A stretch of DNA of 60,411 nt, the filler included, from Sphacelaria rigidula (Eukaryota), in NCBI GenBank assembly GCA_964200075.2. It is 7 parts of 7 records of this genome, joined end to end, with 100 filler letters (N's around TTAATTAATTAA, not from the genome) between each part and the next. Parts side by side here need not be neighbours in the genome. Positions count along the whole stretch, not along the records: positions 34,580 to 43,123 come from CAXNAA020010830.1; positions 43,224 to 51,767 come from CAXNAA020010831.1; 5 more parts are not named here. One strand, 5' to 3'. The position numbers were made by a program, and so were the translations under genes. The stretch's first letter is position 1, and every line of letters begins with the position of its first letter. Positions 38,301-51,368 of the stretch are shown one piece after another. The notes under the pieces are model-generated. The model was not told where the DNA came from and searched no databases. It saw nothing but the letters and a program-made list of their open reading frames with translations.

Positions 38301-39199
38301 GCGGTTTGTTCGGCCCCTTGCTTGTGGGTGTGTTAGCTCTCGACCAAACGGCTCTCTTGTTGAGTGCGGTGAATTTCGGTATCTCCCGTTACAACCTATA
38401 TAAACACCGTGAGAGATTGTCAGGGAGGAGTGTTTTTGTGTGTGGGTTTTGGCAGAATCTATCTGGAATCGACTAGACCGACATTGATATGGTTTGGACG
38501 CAAGGTTGGCTAAACGCACAATACATTCGATCTATTGTATGCGCTCTACCTCGGTGATCACGTAGATACCATCGCTGTCGGGATTGGCCTTGTGTTGGCC
38601 GAGTTTCCATTGCTTTGATGTCTCTCTCGAGTTCGGCCAGGGGCCTGCAACAACCTCCATTTTCCCGTTATGCGTGTTTTTTTCGCAGTTTGCAGTGAAA
38701 AAAACACTTGGTGTTTCCTGAATCTCTGTGCAAAAACAGCCTCATATCGTCTTTTGCCGATTTCCCCGGTTGTTACGTCGCAGATCGTAGTACTCACACA
38801 GTCAGCTAGTACAGCCCCAGCAGTTGGAATCGATGACCAATCAATCCACCGTTCTGAACAAAGCAAGGTCCATTACCGTCCCCTCCACACGATTCTTCAT
38901 TGTGGCGTTCGGTGGCGGGCAGCAGAGATACAGCTCGCCCGCTTTCTACGATGCTGAAACGAAAATCGATCCATTTCTTGCGGCCCCTTTTATCAACTAG
39001 AGACAGGCATAAAAAAAACGAAATCATCACCCGCCTGGTTTTTCCCAACCCCAGCCTTTAGACTGTACAGAGCAATGTGTTTCATGTAGGTTTGTACACT
39101 CTAGAATACACGATGCTCGACTACTGCCCGCACAGCGCGCCCTCAGCATGCTTGTGTTTCGTGCTGTTTATATCTGTGTGTTCTCATGTTGACGAACAG

Positions 39200-40778
39200 A
39201 TGGTGGTCGAATCTCTCCTCCAGCTCAAGGAGCGCGGGGGCTCCAGCTTACCCGCCCTGAAGAAGCACATCACCAGCACACACCCCGACTTACCCTTTGC
39301 GCCGCACAGACTCAGGGCTGCTTTGAAAGCCGGAGAAACCAGTGGGGCATTGGTCAAGGTACGCGAACATCCATCTTTTTCTCTACTCGTCGGTGCGTGC
39401 GTGTGTAGTTCCTTCACCTTTCGAGGTAACGCAGTGGCGGGCTCATGCCGATTGTGGTGCTGTACCAGCAAAGCAAAACTCCGAACTCTTTTCCTTGTTT
39501 TTTCTTCTGTCTTGGTGAAGTAATATTCGCCCCCGCCGCTGCAAGACGGGCCAGATGGGTTGAACCGCGAGACTGTACTGGCCTATGTGTGCAAACGTAA
39601 CATGGCGTCGTGCGTTCAGCTTGGTTGAGTGACGGGGATACACACCGGTTGTGAGTGGGGGAGCTGCTGGTGCCTATCAGCGTTCGCGTTCATGTGCCCA
39701 AGTACACACCGACACCACCTCACCACCTGTGGGAGGTAGTCCCACATGTTCGTAGGGCAGTATCATGTACCCCGTATCTTCGGTTGTCGTATCTTCAGTT
39801 GTCTTTTTTTGCCTCCGTGTAATTCCAACAGCTGCAATTAAGACTTGATAACTTGATAAAGAGGCGTGTCGGCTCTGGTCATGAACGAATTTGTGCTGGT
39901 GGCGCGAGGACATTTCGCCTGTTGCAAAGCGTAATTGTGTGCAGTGGTTAATGATCAGCGATCATGGCGTTCATTTCGCCTCTTGCGCGGTTTTTCCTCT
40001 GCGTTGAGAATCCAACTCAGGACAAATTATATCTCAACCTGCCACTACCACTGAGCACTCTCGAGTGCCATACTACTGTACTGTACTGTGCTGTGTTTGT
40101 TGTGGCTGCTTGGAAATCCGGCCAAGCAACACGGTACAAACAACTTATTATGTGCTCGCCCCTCCTGAGTCGCCCTTCGTTCCTCAGCAAATAAGACGTA
40201 TCGCACGCTCGACCCAGAATGTACGGTACTTACTGACTGTACTGTCTGTACTCGACGACACTATTTCCCCCCACCACCGCCCTAGTCAGCTTTATTCGTA
40301 AAACTGCAACCCCTGTTTGTGTTGATGGTTACAAGACGTATCGCCAGTCACCACGTCTCTTACACCAACGATCGGAAACTCGAGTACCACCGCCGCGCAC
40401 AATCGAAGTTCGCACCGTTAGGAAATAACCAACAAAATGTTGGGATGCGTATGCCGTAAGACCGCCGAACACGAGGCACAGCTGCGTTTCGTCCCCTGAT
40501 TGACGTTGTGCATTTTTTGGCCTGTGCACAATATGTGTCTGGTTGTATGCCGGCAGTATAATAGTGTCCTCTCTGTTACGGAAAACGTACTGTACATTCT
40601 CGTTTTGTTTTATGAACTGGCGTAGATATTCGCATCCGTTATTCTGTTCTGTCTGCGACAGGTCAAGGCGTCTTACAAGCTCAGCCCCACGGCGAAGGCT
40701 GCCGCCATTAAGGCAAAGAAGCCCAAGAAGCCCAAAAAGGTGGTGAAGAAGAAGCCCGTCATCAAGAAGAAGAAGAAG
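39200..40778 (+). CDS. Linker histone H1 (intron-containing, partial)
   Basis: Exons 39200-39358 and 40662-40778: MVVESLLQLKERGGSSLPALKKHI...GALVK|VKASYKLSPTAKAAAIKAKKPKK... This is an H15 globular domain plus a Lys/Pro/Ala tail. Confidence 0.92.
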
Positions 40779-41255
40779 GTGAGTAGGCAGAAATGCTTCT
40801 GTCTGATTGGACACGTTACATTTCGACATTTTTTCTTGCGATTGATGTACGTGGGGATCAGCAGGGACACGGATCAAGAATGCAAACAATGAGCGGTTGA
40901 TCGTCGTTCGACATCGTCGCCTTGACTTGCGTATTTGGCGCCAAGTAAGAGGTTAAGGTTGCAAGACGGAGAATGCAAGTAAGGACGGGGTGTGTGCGTT
41001 TATGTTTCGTTTACGGTCCGAAATTGCAGGTCCCCTGCGGTCGTGAAGCCATGCTTATTTCACCTTTGCTCGGCCAATACATCACCGTACAACTGTGCAG
41101 CTTTACTGTGTCCTATTTTCAAAAATCGAGAAATTATTTGCGGTTTTGTGCAAGGGTTTACATGAAAACAAATCCTGGGCCTTTTGATTATTTTTTTTCA
41201 TTTTCGGCGCTCCATGGCAGGGGGTAGGGGGAGGTCTAAGGCAAGTAACAAATGG

Positions 41256-41870
41256 AAGGTCGTGTTCTCTAGGGTACGGATTTCTGTATACCCGGGGTAT
41301 TTTGCCGGGTATTTACCGTACTCGACAGTTCTTTGACTTCTGTAAGACTTTTATACCGGCACTCGACAGTTCTTTGACTTCTGTAAGACTTTTATACCGG
41401 CACCCGACAGTTCTGTCATCTCTGTGAGACTTTCATACCCTTACCCGATAGTTCTGTAAGCTCTGTGTAAGACTCCCGTACCGTTACCGGGGGGCACGGG
41501 TACGCTGTTGATAAGATACCTGATTGCGGGTAAGATTTTCTGTGCAACCTCCATACCCTGCCCGACAGTTTCTGTGAGTTCTGTAAGCCTCCCATACCCT
41601 TACCCGACAGTTCTGTGAGTTCGGTACAGAATGTTTACCGGTACCCGGAGCGCGGGTGTGCTCTTGAAGAATACCCGATTGTTGGTACCGGTTTTCTGTA
41701 AGCCTTCCATACCGTACCCGGCAAGTTCTGTTTTTTCTGGAAGACTTTTATTCCGTACTGGTACCCGACAGTTCTGTGAGCTCTGTAAGCCTCCCATACC
41801 CCTACCAGGGGTTAGGGTACACCGTTATAGATATACCCGATTGCAGGTATGAGCCCAGGTATATACCTTG
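41256..41870 (+). mobile_element. Non-autonomous TIR element with CCCGACAGTTCTGT repeats (copy 1, right end degraded)
   Basis: Collinear with 42517-43046 and includes a local 39-bp tandem duplication. Confidence 0.75.
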
Positions 41871-42516
41871 GGGAGGCACGGATATAAGTTCAATCTAACA
41901 AACAAAACCTCATGATCTGAAACTTGTGTATCACATCGATCAGCCCACCCCACTCCTTCACTCAAAACTGCACACCAATAATAATTCAACGTTTGAAAAG
42001 TTTTTTCGTTTGGGATCTGACGGGATACGAGGTACCGCTGAAAGAAAACATGAAACATGAGCAGCACTGCAGACCGTCAGAATGGATCACCCCCAGACTC
42101 GAGCGGTGACTCGAGCGGGGACGGTTCATCTGCGCCACCAGAGGATGAAGTAGCAGGACGCACGTCATCGACGTCGATGGTGGTTGTGTCGTGGTCATCA
42201 CACCCCAGGCCGTTGTCGACATGTACAGCACAGAGTATCAGCTGCCACCGAGAGTCGTCAAGGCCATCGGCGATTTTGTCGCATGCCGAAGGGCTTCCAG
42301 AGAACGGGCAGCCGTGAATGCTCCTTCATGTACTCTCTGGGAGTGTACGTGAAGCCAATAGATGTTGACGATTCCGTGCACATGTACTACTGCGGTTGCT
42401 CGGGTAGTCTTTCTCTATCAACCCCGTGAAGCCATTCAGAATTTTCATGAAATAGCATCTGTATTTCGCCACTGTTGTAGTGACGTCGGTCCCACCACAG
42501 GGGTGGTGATATTGCT

Positions 42517-43046
42517 AAGGTCGTGTTTTGTAGGGTAAGGTTTTTCTGTATACCTGGGGCATTTTGTCGGGTATTTACCGTACCCGACAGTTCTGTAATC
42601 TCTGGAAGATCTTCGTACCCGTACTCGATAGTTCTGTGAGTTTTGTAGGCCTCCCGTACCACCGTTACTGGGGGGCACGGGCATTCTCTTGATAAGATAC
42701 CCGGTTGCGGGTGTACGGTTTTCTGTGCAACCTCCATACCCTACCCGACAGTTTCTGTGAGTTCTTTAAGCCTCCCATACTTCTGCGAGTTCTGTAGAAA
42801 GGCTTTACCCTAACGCGAGGGGCGGGTATGCCCTGAACGAGTTACCCGATTGCCGGTTCCGGTTTTCTGTAAGCCTCCCACACCGTGCCCGACAAGTCCT
42901 GTAAACTCTGTAAGACTTTCATACCAGTACCCGACAGTTCTGTAAACTCTATGAGACTTTCATACCGGTACCCGGCAGTTTTGTACGTTCTGTAAGGAAT
43001 CTCATACCCTACAGAACGTACCCGTACCTTACACAACACAACCTTG
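42517..43046 (+). mobile_element. Non-autonomous TIR element with CCCGACAGTTCTGT repeats (copy 2)
   Basis: Imperfect TIRs AAGGTCGTGTTTTGTAGGGTAAGG / CCGTACCTTACACAACACAACCTT. No clear TSD. Confidence 0.8.
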
Positions 43047-43123
43047 AGATGAGTACCTTGCCCCACGGCGCAACACCCCCCCCCATCCACGCCCCGCACA
43101 ACCGCCCCCAACAGCGCACACTC

Positions 43124-43223
43124 NNNNNNNNNNNNNNNNNNNNNNNNNNNNNNNNNNNNNNNNNNNNTTAATTAATTAANNNNNNNNNNNNNNNNNNNNN
43201 NNNNNNNNNNNNNNNNNNNNNNN
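43124..43223. other. Artificial contig linker
   Basis: N44-TTAATTAATTAA-N44. Confidence 0.99.
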
Positions 43224-43355
43224 GGGGAGGGGGGAGGGGGGAGGGGGGGGGGGGGGGGGGGGGGGGGGCGGGGGGGGGGTAAAAAGAAATTGGCCGGCAC
43301 CATGACGGCAGCAGTATACGCGGTAATCTTAGCTAAAGCACCCTATACGTCACAC

Positions 43356-44839
43356 CTTTTCCGCTCTGGACGTGGTACATGAAATTTTTCGGTTTGATGT
43401 CCCTGTGGATGACCCTCCGAGAGTGCACATGCGCGAGGGCAGTAAGCAAAGATCGCATGTACGCGGCGATGCCCGACAGTGTCAAGGTCTTGATATAATC
43501 CTTGAAATCGTCGTGCGGAAAATATGGCATGATCAGCGCGAATGATCCACCAGGGGTACGAAGCACCCCGCGAACCTCGATCACATTTTCCCTCCCTGCT
43601 GAGCACGGTGGGGGAGGGCAGTGCGGTCAGGAAATTGGGCGGGGGCCTTTGGTTTGTTCATGATGGTAGCAGTACGTTCTACGGTCCTCGGCTGACGGCA
43701 TGCTGTTGCTATTCCCTCCATATCAAGTGTGAAAATATATATATACTTAAAGTATAAATGTAATATCTCCATCAAGGCCTGTAAGAGAATTTTGTTAGTT
43801 ACGTACATAGTGTACAGACTGCAGAAATTGAAATTGTCGAGGGTGGTTTGGGCACCATAATTGTCACGTTCAAGCCTGACAGCAAAAACTGTGCGCGATT
43901 TGGTAATCACGCTAGTCGTAACCTACACAGGGGGACGGACAGTCTCCACCGTGCAACTGATTCTCGAGTGTCTGGACAAGTAAATTGAAGATACAATTCT
44001 TACAGCACACCGCACCATGCCCAGACACGGTAAAACTCAAATAGCTCACTCTTCCAGCATTTTTGCCAAAAGTAGACCATCCACCAATCGAATGTCAATG
44101 GAAACTGCTGACGGGGGACCACCTATTTCGCTGCACAAGAACTACCCCAGCAGGTGAAATCCTTGCCTCCAAGTGTTCGCATATGCTCGAATTCGTTCAG
44201 TATTCGGGACGGAGAGCAGGTAGGGTTAATCCGTTTTAATGCCACCAGCGACTCTGTGGCATCTTTGCATCGCCGGTCTCGGGCTGTCCACACCGTGCCG
44301 AAGCTCCCTTCTCCTATCTTGTCCAGCACATCGAACCTGCGGAGTCGAGCGGGAAACGGGGTACTCTTTGAATCGCCTTCGGATGCACTACCGCCGCGCC
44401 CCGGTGGTGTAATGGTCCGACTGTCGCCATTAGGGTGGAGAGAACGAGGGTTCGATTCCCGATGCGTAGGGTTTTTTCTTCGTAATGTCTGATTTCTACC
44501 GTGGAAAGCGCGAGAACGTGAGTAAACAAAGTAGTCCGCTGAGTTTGTTTGACGTGAGCTGACGCGGTGCGGGAGCGCTGACCCAACCCGCGTAACCAAA
44601 ATGTAAGGCGTGTACCGGGGGAGAGAGATAAGTTGATCCCTCGAGACCACGGACTTATCCCGAGGAAGGGGGAGGGTTTAAAGTACGATAAATAAATAAA
44701 ATGATGAAAAAATGAAACACACACAGACACACTGCTGCGGCTGACCACGCCTCTTTGTAACGACACAGTATCCTAACCTCGCCAAAACCACGCCCGCGCG
44801 AGAAGTCGATTTGCTACTCCCGTAAGCGCTACCCTTCAT
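43356..44839 (-). CDS. CDC7: CDC7 serine/threonine kinase, first three exons (3' partial)
   Basis: Exons 44839-44778, 44336-44167 and 43595-43356: MKGS...VLAR|FDVLDKIGEGSFGTV...VALKRINPTCSPSRILNE...LG|GRENVIEV...MPYFPHDDF...HRDIKPKNFMY. These carry the CDC7-specific TxSPxRIxNE and PYFxHxxF motifs. Confidence 0.92.
44398..44700 (+). mobile_element. tRNA-derived SINE, antisense within CDC7 intron 1
   Basis: A-box TGGTGTAATGG, B-box GGTTCGATTCC, ~300-bp body and (TAAA)n tail. Second copy at ~52905-53230. Confidence 0.8.
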
Positions 44840-46394
44840 CCGGTAAGGGGACACGCGGGTCGTGATGGATACAGAAACTCCGCAAAAACGTCGACGTGTG
44901 CGTGCAGTTGACAACATGAACACACTGACAGCGTCTTGCACCATAACCACCGGCGGCCTGAAGCACAACTGTTTCCGAACTTTTCAAAACCTTCACACCA
45001 CAGAGTAGTAATCCTAAACTCTCGCCGTACTGAATGAATGCAATGCATAGATTACGGCCAAATCTGTGCTGCCCAAGACGGAGACATGTGTTTGCCGTGT
45101 GTTGTGTTGTACTGTATCTAAACCGCCTTCACCGACATGTGAGTAATGCTACGGTAGGGGTGCACCATTTTTTTTACGTTAGATTTTTTAGGGGCCCTCG
45201 ATCTCATCCAAAACCCGACTGATGGAACATGAGAGATTTCGCCAGGGTTACTATTCCAATGTGCTAGGGATATCCCGAGAACTGGGATGCCCTCACAGAA
45301 ATTCTTTGCATCTAGAATCATCAGGAGCCCCTGAACCAGACAGCATTCTGCGCAAAAAGTGCACTCCTAACGTAGTATTGCTCGTGTATTGAAGTTATAC
45401 TCTGCATTGACGATCTCTACTTAACGTTTTCGTGAGATGGGAGAGTAGAGCGCTGGTTGAGAGTGGTTTTGATCACTCGCTTTAACTTTAGGCAATTTTT
45501 CATTCCGTGTGTGCTGTTCTTTGCCTCCATCACTTGCGTGAGCTCACAGCTACACATCGATATCCTACTCAGGGACATTAAGGGCCTCAGTGGCAAGCTA
45601 CTACAGAAAGCATATTGGGCCTGGTGGAGGAGCATTTCGGAACTGAAACGATTCATTCACTATTTGACCGCGTTTCACTCTCAATGGTATCCACTACTCT
45701 CAATCTCACGAAAACAGCTACTTGTACGAAGACGACCGTAACCGCGACCCGAAGAATAAGGAAACCCTGTATTATCACATCTGTGGTGCGCCAGATCCTT
45801 CAGTGAAACGGGGTGGAGGACAGCATACTCCCCGATCACCTGGCGGTCCTGCTTCTTCGATTTTAGATATTCTTCTTTTTCTTTTTGTTTTAGGTCGGCC
45901 ATTTCTTTCTGCGCTTTGCTTGTCTTGACTTCTTCATTACCTTTTTTTGTGTTACGACTTAGTCTGCTATATCGTTCTGTTCGATCCTCTTTCTTTTTAT
46001 TTTTCCTTCTGTTCCTTCTTTTTCTCAGAGCGTGTTTCGGTTTCGTTTTTGTTGGGTACGTCTATCATGACACCACGGCTGGACCCCTGGGGGGTCACTT
46101 AAAGTGCGACAATCAAAATCATAATCGATCATCAGAGGAAAACTAGATGGTGCTACTGTTTTACTTGAACGAAAAAAAAAAAAAAACTGAAAAGACAGCA
46201 CCAGGAAGGAAACGCTCCGAGTGAAAACAGGGACACACATGGTGAAGGCAGCAAAACAGAACGAACCGGGCATCCTGTATCACCCGACGGACAAATGTCA
46301 ATGCAAAACGGTCCTTCAGCCTCGAGCCTTCTATGCTCCGTACTGTATGCCTGTCGGTGCTTTCCACACCCTGGACAATAGACGGTATATATTG

Positions 46395-46654
46395 CACGGT
46401 TCGGACGAATCATCACGACTACGAATCACCAAGTCCACGATTACTTCGGCCTGATTGCCCAAAAGGGGGAAAAAAGTTGATCGCTGGTCCAAAGGGTATC
46501 CACGCAACGTTTGCGCCGTTCCACGTGTCTGTGCTGCGTGTACCTGGGTTGCAACGGTGAAAACAAGGAGCCTAGGGATTGATTCGTACGAGTCAAATCA
46601 ACTGTACTAAAACCAAGTAATTTCCAGACGAATCATTGATTTGTCCAACCCTTG
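46395..46654 (+). mobile_element. 260-bp MITE with CAAGGGTYGGAC-type TIR and 8-bp TSD
   Basis: CACGGTTCGGAC...GTCCAACCCTTG. Flanks ATATATTG and ATCTATTA each differ by one base from the empty site ATCTATTG at ~12044. Confidence 0.78.
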
Positions 46655-46931
46655 ATCTATTACAATAGCGACAGAGTCTGCCGCAGTAGATGCAAGCATT
46701 GTCGTTCGTAATGGCTATCGACCGACAAGATTATCCTTCTGTTGTCGTTGGCAATGTCTATCGCTAGACCCATTTCCCACATTCTTGCCCAGGCAGTAGT
46801 CTGTTGTGGCCCTACACCGAAAACTATTGCCACCGACCGAATGCATGGGTTGATAGTTCTCCAAATATATTCATGACGGCAATGGCTATCGATAGAGCAT
46901 GTGCCAAATCCACTGATGACGGCAATCGCTA

Positions 46932-47536
46932 CGAGCTGGGCCAGCAGGAAATCCCGCATTCGCTTTCCACACCACAACTTCTCAAGTTTCCCAAATCAGC
47001 GCGACTCGAGCATATCGCTGTGAAGTGTAGACCAACCTGGTAACACACGGCGGCACCGCCGCTGAATGAAGAAAAAAAAATGAAAAAAATGTACTCTACA
47101 ATGCGTGACCTCGACGACGACCGGAAAAAAAAAAATGTCGGTATTCGAACTCATGACCTCCATGACTGAAGTTTCCTGTATCACTTGGATTATGGCGGGG
47201 CGGCCGTGTCACACAAAAAGTGCGATGCGGCGCCCAATTTGAGGTATTGTGGGCTGAAATTTCACGAGGATGTCCTGGACGCGAGCGCCCACGACGCAGT
47301 TAGGGGTGCAGCCGTTTTAATTTACTTCTCATGGAGTCATGTAATCTTCCCTGTTTTTGCTGACACTTCACTCGCTTCAACTTCCTGTTGTTTCTTTTTC
47401 CTCCTCCTCTGCAACCCTGATAGGGTTGCGCGGGTTGATGATGCAAATGTGGTATAAAAAATTCAGCGCCTAGCTCTTCGAATTACCAATCGCATCGCTA
47501 GTCTTCATTAAAGTCACCGTCAGCTGGCCCAGCTCG
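46932..47536. mobile_element. Tc1/mariner-type MITE (TA TSD), nested
   Basis: TA|CGAGCTGGGCCAGC...GCTGGCCCAGCTCG|TA, an inverted homolog of 2394-3003. Confidence 0.85.
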
Positions 47537-49447
47537 TATTCATAGATTGCGTACAAATCTATTGATGGCGGCAGATGAATATCGATAGATACACACCAGA
47601 ATCTACTGTGGTATCGAACGCCTTCCGGTAGATATTCTCTGCCATCTACTGCGACACCTACATCGCAACATGCTGTGTATAGAGCATATATACTCTGTTG
47701 AAGTATGGTCGAGAAGCCGCAGGTAAGCATGCAGTGGATATATGATGATATTATTTGTGAATATACGAAGTATGACGTCACGATTCCACATTTTTGGAAC
47801 GGTTGTATACTGTAGGAATCTGCAAGATATGTGAACAAACTTTTACGAGTTTCGTCGTTGGTGTGGTGTTGGTACTTATGGTTGTCCCTCTGATGGACAT
47901 GAGCGCTAATAGTACTTTTGTGCGTGGGTGAGCTTATACCCTGGACAATCAACTAAAACATATAATAGAAGATCGCCGCAGTAATAGCTCCGACAATTTG
48001 ACTATCTCGAATAAATTTTTAAATGGGAATATCCCGCCACCCCTTGCTCTTGTGTAGCTCCTGACTTTAGGAGCCTCTCAATGGGAAATGCCTGGGCCCA
48101 AATGTTCAATCCGTACCGTGGTAATGTACATCACGCCATGTTCATTGTCAGTCATAATCGATTGGCCTCACTGTCTATCGATAGCCATCGTAGACGACAC
48201 TAGATTCGTGACAAGGGACAGAATGTATCATTGCCGTGAGAATGCTATCTCGACACATTTCATCTGTTGGAATAGGATCTGAATTGAGGCCACCAATGTC
48301 TGATGCTAAGCTGAATGACGTCGATTACGAGTTGTGTACGCACATTTTTCGGAGGATGTTTCCACCTTATTCCACAGAACCTATGGCCAGCTATCGCCTC
48401 GGGTATAGTTGCATGTTCATGTATGAGAGTTATTATCATTAATGTCATTGGACCACTGCAGCGAGCAATGTATTCATCAAAACCTATCGTTGGCGTCACT
48501 GGCTATCGATAGATGCTCCATGGAACAATTGATTGTTGACGGCTATGGTTACATTGACAGATACCCCAAATTCCATTGTTGGCGGCGAAGGCTATCGATA
48601 GATTACTCACCAAATATTTTGATGACGGCGATGACTATCGATGGATGACTGACCAAATCTTCTGATTACGACCACGGCTATCGATAAATACGTCCCAGAA
48701 TCTACTGTGGTAAACGATATCCATCGATGGTCAGTGACCTCAATCTGTTGTGATTGCCATAGGCTATTGATCGACTCTTGCAACAACTATTGTCCCTCAC
48801 AAAACACCGATCAACAGATGTGTTTCATCTACTATGTTGGACAATGTATATCGATAGGTTATCCCCCGCGTCTATTACTGAAGCAATGGACTATTACTGT
48901 CTCAATTGTCCAGAGTGTGGTACATCCAAGTCAAGTCACAAACGCTCTCATGAACACTCATGAACTCGTTGGAGAATGACTATTCCCTCGAAACCTGTCA
49001 CGCGGGCGTGAAGCCTTCAAACGCCATACGTGTTCTGACCCGAGGTTCTATCCGTTGGCACTCCCACGAGTCTCTGGAAAATGGTTCTCCGTAGGCGTAG
49101 ATGCACGCCGAAAAGGCGTGGGCGCTTAGCGGGAGCGTTGGAAGATATAAAAAAAAGACGTCGCCAATTTGCGTGCAGCAGCCCTTCGGTCACGGTGGAG
49201 GAGGGGCCGCGCAGGTTTCCTTTTGTGTTCATGCCCCATTCTGCTGCGTGTGCCAACGCCTTCGTACGTGCATGGTCACATGCACTCTGGGTATGATCAC
49301 GACTGGTCTATTGTACTGAGATGGCACTATGCTGCCGGCCGCGGCTATTGCACGAATGGCTATGACGCGTGCCATGTCCGAGACAACGGCCATATTCATG
49401 AATGCGTTATTTTCCAACCAAAGACAACAACTCCCAACTCTCCGCAG

Positions 49448-50546
49448 AGAGCACGTACCTGTTCCGGGTCAGACTAGGGGCCAAGGCGATCGGTGCTATA
49501 CAGTATGATGATGAGAGGTACAACATTGTGAGGTAAGATTTGGCTTGTGGTCGTTACCCCGTTCCAGGCTGCTTAGGCTGATTCAAGCCAGTCAGACCAA
49601 GTCCGTCCTTTTCAATTTTTGGGATCTACGCTGTGCTTTTGTGTGCATCGCAAGTCGCCCCGGCACCAACATGTTAATATGGTCTCCTATCGTGTGATAT
49701 GCGGAAGATATCAACGCCGGAAAAATTGCCCGTGCCGATTCTATACTCGCTAGTGGTTCAAGGCTCCACTCCTTTCGTGCATGAGTTTCTCCAACAGGCG
49801 GGGGTCACGCCGCCGGACGTTGTATCACACCATGAGGAGGCCTGCAATGAAACTGTATATTCTATTCGATGGAATTCAACGTCTGTTCGACGTTTGAACT
49901 GGATGGGGTGACGTGGGACAAGAGAGCATAGCTTGCCGTCGCTTTGGTGTTCACCACCCGTTAGTGCGCATCAGTGTGGCACTGTTCCGACAACCTGCCG
50001 TTTTTACGATGCATGGCTTACTGAGCCACTGAGGCAACGACCTCAACCCTCAAGCAAACAATATCCAAACAACCGCACATGCAGATATGTAGGGCGTACC
50101 GGACCTTTCTTTATCCATTTCGCTGAGACCACTTGTTATGGGAACGAAAAAAAAATTCGGTTAAATCAAGAGCGTCTATTTCGATTTTCGGGGACCTTTT
50201 TCGCGTGAGAAGATTTCAGAGTTTCAGTGCCACGCCAGATTTATTTCGCTTCAGTTGGGATGACTTCGGTACGAGCAGTTTGACTTTTGGCCGAAAAAAC
50301 AGGAATCGCATAGACGTTGTAACTAACCCTACCGATGCTTCTGTGCAATCCCTTTTTCTTCGGCTGCGCGCACCAGGAATCGCCCCAAGCGTGCCGGAAT
50401 CCTCTCGAGTGAGCGGGGCGAGTTATTCCGAGGTGGCAATATCCGCCTCGCCGTATTTTTACACGAACAACGGTGCCGAAGGATCGAAGAAATCGCCTTT
50501 GACCGCGAAGTTTGGTCGCTCCCGCAAGAGGTGGTCTGAGGCTTAA
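49448..50546 (+). CDS. Hypothetical spliced protein, unknown function
   Basis: Candidate exons 49448-49532 (strong GTAAGA donor) and 50255-50546 join in phase: STYLFRVRLGAKAIGAIQYDDERYNIVS|WDDFGTSSLTFGRKNRNRIDVV...SEA*. No family recognised. Confidence 0.45.
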
Positions 50547-51368
50547 CCAATCACATCAACAGTTACCATACCGACCAAGCTTGAACAACCAAAAAGAGGC
50601 GCCAATTCACGAAAAACAGGTGAGGAGAAGCGACGAAACAAAATGCCTGCAGATCGCTACCAGAGATTAATGAATGTTTTGAGACCACACTAGGTGCTAC
50701 CCCAGCAAACGTTTGAGCGATATGACTTGACTTCCGTACGGATCTCAGCCTACAGGTCGCCTAGACTAGTGGTCGAAGGGATGCAAGTCAGGAAACGGGA
50801 TAGGCAAGGGCGAAGACCAGTTGACACGACCGTTGCTCCATGTAGGTGGTGACAGCGTACACAGAAGGTGACGAGGCGGTCATCTACTTCCGTAGTGGTA
50901 GCCAGTAACTACTTTAAGCGAACGTGAAGTTTCGCTTCTGCTGCCGGTCGCATCCAGTATTCATCTGCTTTCAATGCAATCGAAAAGCGGCGAGATCGTT
51001 GGTGGATAACATGTCTACCAGCGTGAGGTATGCCTTGGCTGCCCAACCACGTTAGGCAGGTCTGTATGCTCAGCACAACACAGTAGCGATAGGCACTGTG
51101 GCCATGGGCAACGTGCCTCATGTGGGATGAGAAATGCCACCACACGTCACTGCTATGAAGGCATCGTAAAGCGAGCCAGATCTGTAACATGGGGTTGGCG
51201 GATGGGCACTTCATTGTCCGCGAAATGCTCTGCCGGCAGGTGGCGGGGCTGCAGGTTGCGGGGCTGTCCGTACTGCTGCTTCCGTGAAAATACAGGGCTG
51301 ATCTCCGTTGTATTGTGACCTTACACATTCTATATACATGCTAAGTGTCACGTTGACCCATAAATATT

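Larger units (their letters stand above)
46365..48919 (+). mobile_element. Second long copy of the CACACCCTGGAC-TIR element, with nested MITEs
   Basis: Same TIRs and a collinear interior with 12022-14242. The flanking 8-mers match at only 5/8. Confidence 0.85.

Noticed and set aside
44398..44470. Functional tRNA
   Set aside because: Acceptor and anticodon stems do not pair properly and it continues into a shared 300-bp body, so it is called a SINE.
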